Of a DNA stretch of 64,000 nucleotides, positions 58,228 through 64,000 are shown in pieces; within the stretch, counting starts at the first letter, position 1, and each line of letters starts with the position of its first letter. Source of the DNA: Macrostomum lignano (lineage: Eukaryota). The position numbers and the translations under genes are program-made. Location of the stretch: NCBI GenBank assembly GCA_002269645.1, contig NIVC01001622.1:62001-126000 (forward strand), written 5' to 3'. The notes under the pieces are model-generated. The model was given only the letters and a program-made list of their open reading frames with translations. It was not told the DNA's origin and searched no databases.

Positions 58228-58852
58228 CTGACTGACTGACTGACTGACTGACTGACTGACTGACTGACTGACTGACTGACTGACTGACTGACTGACTGAC
58301 TGACTGACTGACTGACTGACTGACTGACTGACTGACTGACTGACTGACTGACTGACTGACTGACTGACTGACTGACTGACTGACTGACTGACTGACTGAC
58401 TGACTGACTGACTGACTGACTGACTGACTGACTGACTGACTGACTGACTGACTGACTGACTGACTGACTGACTGACTGACTGACTGACTGACTGACTGAC
58501 TGACTGACTGACTGACTGACTGACTGACTGACTGACTGACTGACTGACTGACTGACTGACTGACTGACTGACTGACTGACTGACTGACTGACTGACTGAC
58601 TGACTGACTGACTGACTGACTGACTGACTGACTGACTGACTGACTGACTGACTGACTGACTGACTGACTGACTGACTGACTGACTGACTGACTGACTGAC
58701 TGACTGACTGACTGACTGACTGACTGACTGACTGACTGACTGACTGACTGACTGACTGACTGACTGACTGACTGACTGACTGACTGACTGACTGACTGAC
58801 TGACTGACTGACTGACTGACTGACTGACTGACTGACTGACTGACTGACTGAC
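58228..58852 (+). repeat. Perfect (CTGA)n microsatellite, ~156 units
   Basis: No interruptions seen over 625 bp; same motif as the (TCAG)n array, on the opposite strand. Confidence 0.99.
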
Positions 58853-61394
58853 GGCGCTGGGCAATGAGGTAGATCTCAAATGGATCCCGGTTTCCTCGGC
58901 TGACCTGCTGGCCAAGTCTGGCTCTTCCGGGACGCTTTTGAGGCCGGACCTAGTAGCTCCATCCCCGTCTCGGTGATCAACTCGGTGAGCAAAAATTTAT
59001 GTCAAAGCTGCTGATGCCAGCTTTGTGCAACTGCTCAGCACACTGGTTGATGGCCATGACTTTGGATTAAAAAACCGAGACATTCTCACCGACATGAAGG
59101 CTCTCTTGCAGGATGGCCCCACCCTTGTGGAAAACGGCAATGCGGGATTGTCTGGAAGTGAGAATTCATGGTAATGGCCATAGACACGAGCCGCTCCAGC
59201 TAATTCCAGCGGTTTTCTCAATTCCAGCTAACTTCATTGGTCTATTTGTCCATCAGGATCCGAGTGGTAATGGGGAATGGGGCTGTTGGGGGCGAAAACC
59301 CCTCTAACAACCATAGACTATTTTATTTTGCGCTCATAGATTTACGTTCGTTTTCTAAAATTATATCCCGGTAAGTTTACTTTATTGTCAATTTCAAACA
59401 ATGACCGGTCATTGCTTGAATGTCATTGCCTTAACATAAATTACCATAGACTTTTTTAATAATGCCTGCGCCAGCCAGGGCGTCGCACAGGGATCCGTCA
59501 GTGAAGCAGTGAATGCCGCGACTTCTCCGGCATTGGTGCCCACGTCTGGTGGGTGGTTCCAGAGTAGCTCGTACATTTGAAGCCCTTCCTGAGAATTAGT
59601 GAGGGGGGGTTAAAGTTTACCACGTTTAAATTGAGGTGGATGTGTTGAACGTCGCGACGGATATAATCCAGGTGTGGAATGAGTGTCTTCTCAGGCGTGA
59701 AGCCCGAGGGGAAATTAGTAATGAACTTGTCACAAATTAGACACTTCTGATGCGAACCCAGTAGCTCCATACCCGTCTCGGTGATCAACTCCCGCTTCAG
59801 GGTTAACCCCGAGTATCTTCGCAGATGGCACAATTCACCTGGAATTACAGACAATCGCGTGTCCCTCTCCCCTCTTGCGATTTCTGAGTTCTTCCCCACA
59901 GTTGGCGACGAGGGCCGCGCTGCAGGCAAGACCCACGGGTGTGCCCGAGAAACATTACTTTGGTCGCCAGGGGTTTGCGAACCGGGCAGTTCCCTCCTCC
60001 TCCTCGCTGCATCCGCCACGATCGGTGCCCCCTGCAGATAAGTTAAGTAAGTCAAGACAGCCTGTCTGTGGTCAACACACAGAAGACCATCGTGCTCTGC
60101 GAGCCAGACGACATCAAGGCCGACACTTTCTGGTTCCCGACGTTCGCGAAGAGCTGGCCTGCCTGAGCTGCTTATCGTTCCGTAAAGGCAGTCCCGCAGT
60201 CCGAGGCAGTACCCAACTGCCAGAGGGCGGCGTTGTGATCCAGGCTTTTATGTGCCCTGCATCTGCGCATAGAAGGTCATCTAGTTGAAGCAACTTTGGT
60301 AAAAGCGATATCTGCATGGCTACATCAGCAGAGTTCACGACAGAATAAAATTTCAAGGCATAGCGCCACAGGGTTCCCGCCCTGCAATTATTATTATCAA
60401 GCATGCCAGTCTTGCATCTCGACTCGGATGAACTTTCATCACTTTGACGATATTAACTGGTTTGACCAGATTCGGTTTGGTCTTCAATGATGCGTAACCC
60501 GCCGCAATGAAAATTCAACCTACTTTCGTAGCTTTTCTACCCCCAGCTAACCTGGCGCTCGACCAACTTTTAAAAATAACAAACAAGACGGTTTTCTTTC
60601 GTCAGAAAGGACAGCAAGTTATAATGTAGTTGAGCTGTGCAAAGCACTGAGATGGTTTTATAGCCTATACTGAGTGCAGTGCAATTCAAGCAATAGCCTG
60701 GGGGCATTTCAGCGTCTTTTTTAGCCTACACGAATCTCTCGAGGCTTTTAGAAGAAAATACACTCGTCGAGCGGTTTAAATGCATATACGAGCGTAGAGT
60801 GGGCAAGGCGTATCGCCGAATGAAGCCAGCTCCATTGTATTCCTACGGGCATCGGCTATTCAATTGTATGCGGCATACAAACAGCGACTATAGCTCTATA
60901 GCTCGCGTCAGGTGGATTTACTGTAGCCTATAGTCTAAATGGACCATCTTAGCGAATTGCTTTTGGGACTTGATTGTTCAAGACTTTGGTGCGTAAAAGA
61001 AATGCGGCTGACAATAATAACATAACCCTTCTCGCTCGACAGAGGCAGATGCAAAGCCTAATAGTGGGAGTACATAGCCATGGCTAGTTTTTGTGTTTTG
61101 CAGGCTCTTATGCGTCCTAAAGCGTTTATTGTCCAAAATTTTACTACCCACACTGCTTGGTTTTGCGCACTGCCACTTTAAAAAATAAGCTTAAAACTGG
61201 TAGCAATGATACTGAAATGTGTAGGATTGGTTGTTATTCTACATTTTACCTAGCCTCTAAAACAAATATTCACATAAGCATTTTCAGCAGCCATTATTCA
61301 CAATAAGTTTTTTGATTAGAAAAACAATATAACTTTTGCATTCCAGATTGAGTGTCTAAGCAATTAAATTGTTAATTCTCTCTGGAGCGTGCAT

Positions 61395-62720
61395 GGTTTA
61401 TGTGATATGTCTATGGCTACTCCTCTAACCGGATCATGCAGAATTGGTTATGTCTATGGCCAATTCTCGCCGTAGCGTGCAGGATTGGTTACGTCTATGG
61501 CTAATCCTCTACCCAGAGAGTGCAGAATCGATAATGTCTATGGCTAATTCTTACCGTAGGGTGTAGAGTTGGTTATGTCTATCGCTGATTCTCCCCGTAG
61601 CGTGCTGAGTTGGTTATGTCTATGGCTAATCCTCTACCCGTAGCGTGCAGGATTGGTTACGTCTATGGCTAATCCTCTACCCGGAGCGTGCAGGATTGGT
61701 TACGTCTATGGCTAATCCTCTACCCGGAGCGGACATGATCGGTTACGTCTACGGCTAATCCTCTACCTGGATAATGCAGAATTGGTTGTCTATGGCTAAT
61801 TCTCTACCCAGAGAGTGCAGAATCGATAATGTCTATGGATCGGATGGCTAATCCTCTACCCGTAGCGTGTAGAATTGGTTGCCTATGATTAATCTTCCAT
61901 CCGTAGCGTGTAGAATTGGTTGCCTATGATTAATCTTCCATCCGTAGCGTGTAGAATTGGTTGCCTATGATTAATCTTCCATCCGTAGCGTGTAGAATTG
62001 GTTGCCTATGATTAATCTTCCATCCGTAGCGTGTAGAATTGGTTGCCTATGATTAATCTTCCATCAGTAGCGTGTAGAATTGGTTGCCTATGATTAATCT
62101 TCCATCCGTAGCGTGTAGAATTGGTTGCCTATGATTAATCTTCCATCCGTAGCGTGTAGAATTGGTTGCCTATGATTAATCTTCCATCCGTAGCGTGTAG
62201 AATTGGTTGCCTATGATTAATCTTCCATCCGTAGCGTGTAGAATTGGTTGCCTATGATTAATCTTCCATCCGTAGCGTGTAGAATTGGTTGCCTATGATT
62301 AATCTTCCATCCGTAGCGTGTAGAATTGGTTGCCTATGATTAATCTTCCATCCGTAGCGTGTAGAATTGGTTGCCTATGATTAATCTTCCATCCGTAGCG
62401 TGTAGAATTGGTTGCCTATGATTAATCTTCCATCCGTAGCGTGTAGAATTGGTTGCCTATGATTAATCTTCCATCCGTAGCGTGTAGAATTGGTTGCCTA
62501 TGATTAATCTTCCATCCGTAGCGTGTAGAATTGGTTGCCTATGATTAATCTTCCATCCGTAGCGTGTAGAATTGGTTGCCTATGATTAATCTTCCATCCG
62601 TAGCGTGTAGAATTGGTTGCCTATGATTAATTTTGATTAATCTTCCATCCGTAGCGTGTAGAATTGGTTGCCTATGACTAATGTCCACCCGTAGCGTGTA
62701 GAATTGGTTATGCTGATTCT
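61395..62720 (+). repeat. 41-bp satellite (TAGAATTGGTTGCCTATGATTAATCTTCCATCCGTAGCGTG) with diverged flanking units
   Basis: About 19 near-identical units at 61865-62630; older variants (GTCTATGGCTAATCCTCTACCC) at 61395-61860 and after 62630. Confidence 0.96.
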
Positions 62721-63674
62721 ACCCGGAGTCTGCAGGATTATTTTTAGAGAGTTGCCACCATAAATATTGACCAATGACCAGTGTCGTTAATTACGAATAT
62801 AAGAACCAAGAAACAGGTTAACAGTTAAGGAAACATATTTAAGATTTAACAAACTCATAAAGCCACCACATGCTGAAATAGGTAGCCAACACTGCACACG
62901 GCAGAGTACAAATATAACAAGAGCATATATTTTTCTTATCGAAGTAACAGATCTGATCGGGAAGTGCACTCAGACACGCTTAAGTTGCTAGAAAGAAAAG
63001 TACATTGCTTCGCGACTTGTTTTGGCGATATTAAAAATAACTACCTTACGATCCATCACACACTGGTTTAAATAAACGAGCCTAAAATTTGTCTTACATT
63101 ACATTTTTTTCTCTTGACGAGCATAAAAATGTAATTAAAATTAGAACAAGATTACTTAAGAGTAGTTAACTGAGTTTTCAGGGCCTAAAACAACTCTTAC
63201 CTTAAACCTTGCAATTTCAAGAACAAATTAAAAAGATATATTTTACCATAGCAGAAAAATAGGAAGTTTTACTCTGAAATGCCCAACTCATACATTAGTA
63301 ATAAGTTTATAAGACTCAAAGAAATTAATAATCATAGCGGCACCCAAAACTTTTTACTCAGCAATATTTTGTTATAAATTTGCAATGCGAAGTTTTGACT
63401 AATAGTTCGTTTGTTTGCTTAAAAAATTATTTACTTAACAAGCAAGCAATAGTACAATTAACTAAAGTAAAAGCCAGCAAAATTTCTTATATAAGTAACC
63501 TTTGTTAAAGTCTGGGACGAAAATTGTCCCTTGAATAGTCTGGACAGTCTTGACAGGCTTAAAAGGGAAGAAAAAACATACTAATGGCAACATAATAATA
63601 GCACAAATACCAGCATAACTGAATACGCCACGCGCAATTAAAGATGTGAAAAAAGCAGCGCGTTTACTTTTTTT

Positions 63675-64000
63675 AGTAGTTTGTTTGCGCAGTGTCACTT
63701 AAATTTAATCTGGCAGCTAAAATTTCCTTTCCTTCTTCTGGGGTTTGTGACCTCAGGAGAATATGAGATTAAGAACGACAAGCATATAACTTGATGTGCA
63801 CAAGTGAACGCCTAGGGGGCAGGCCCAATCTAGCTCAGCCAATGAGAGAGCAGTAAGGAGAGAGGCCAAAGTCAGACGGACGAAACTCAGCCTGGGGGCA
63901 GGCCCAATCTAGCTCAGCCAATGAGAGAGCAGTAAGGAGAGAGTTCAAAGTCAGACGGACGAAACTCAGCCTAGGGGGCAGGCCCAATCTAGCTCAGCCA
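63675..64000 (-). mobile_element. Dispersed repeat element with 80-bp tandem array (copy 3, truncated by the window end)
   Basis: Reverse complement of the tail and units of the 24572 and 37330 copies. Confidence 0.85.

Noticed and set aside
57311-58228. Short inverted similarity GATTTGGTCAG(G)AAA at 57312 and ~58210-58224
   Set aside because: Only about 15 nt, with no TSD or further arm similarity.
1-64000. CRISPR arrays
   Set aside because: All arrays are head-to-tail repeats without unique spacers; the context is eukaryotic and there are no cas genes.

Overview
Eukaryotic (metazoan, probably invertebrate) genomic DNA that is very rich in minisatellites. The repeat landscape and Q/A-rich proteins suggest a flatworm such as Macrostomum, but that is a guess. 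Two intron-containing genes converge tail-to-tail. (1) A liprin-alpha (PPFIA/SYD-2 family) gene lies on + at 9921-32527. It has 10 phase-consistent exons encoding about 1260 aa, with N-terminal coiled coils and three SAM domains, and almost every intron carries its own tandem array. (2) A hillarin/KY-like transglutaminase-fold gene lies on - at 57264-36359. Its N-terminal part is a single exon of about 13.9 kb encoding a highly acidic E/T/Q/I repeat region with six higher-order modules. The predicted protein is about 5600 aa and apparently lacks the catalytic cysteine. This giant protein is the most interesting item in the window. The rest is mobile and repetitive DNA: a 4.1-kb foldback element whose interior is a minisatellite grown from its own TIR end, an internally deleted IS630/Tc1-type element, a putative Crypton remnant, two tRNA-derived SINE types (one CORE-like), several MITE-like elements and more than 15 tandem arrays. 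Most long ORFs in the supplied track are artefacts of stop-free repeats. No CRISPR array, rRNA or functional tRNA was found. All exon boundaries were read by eye.
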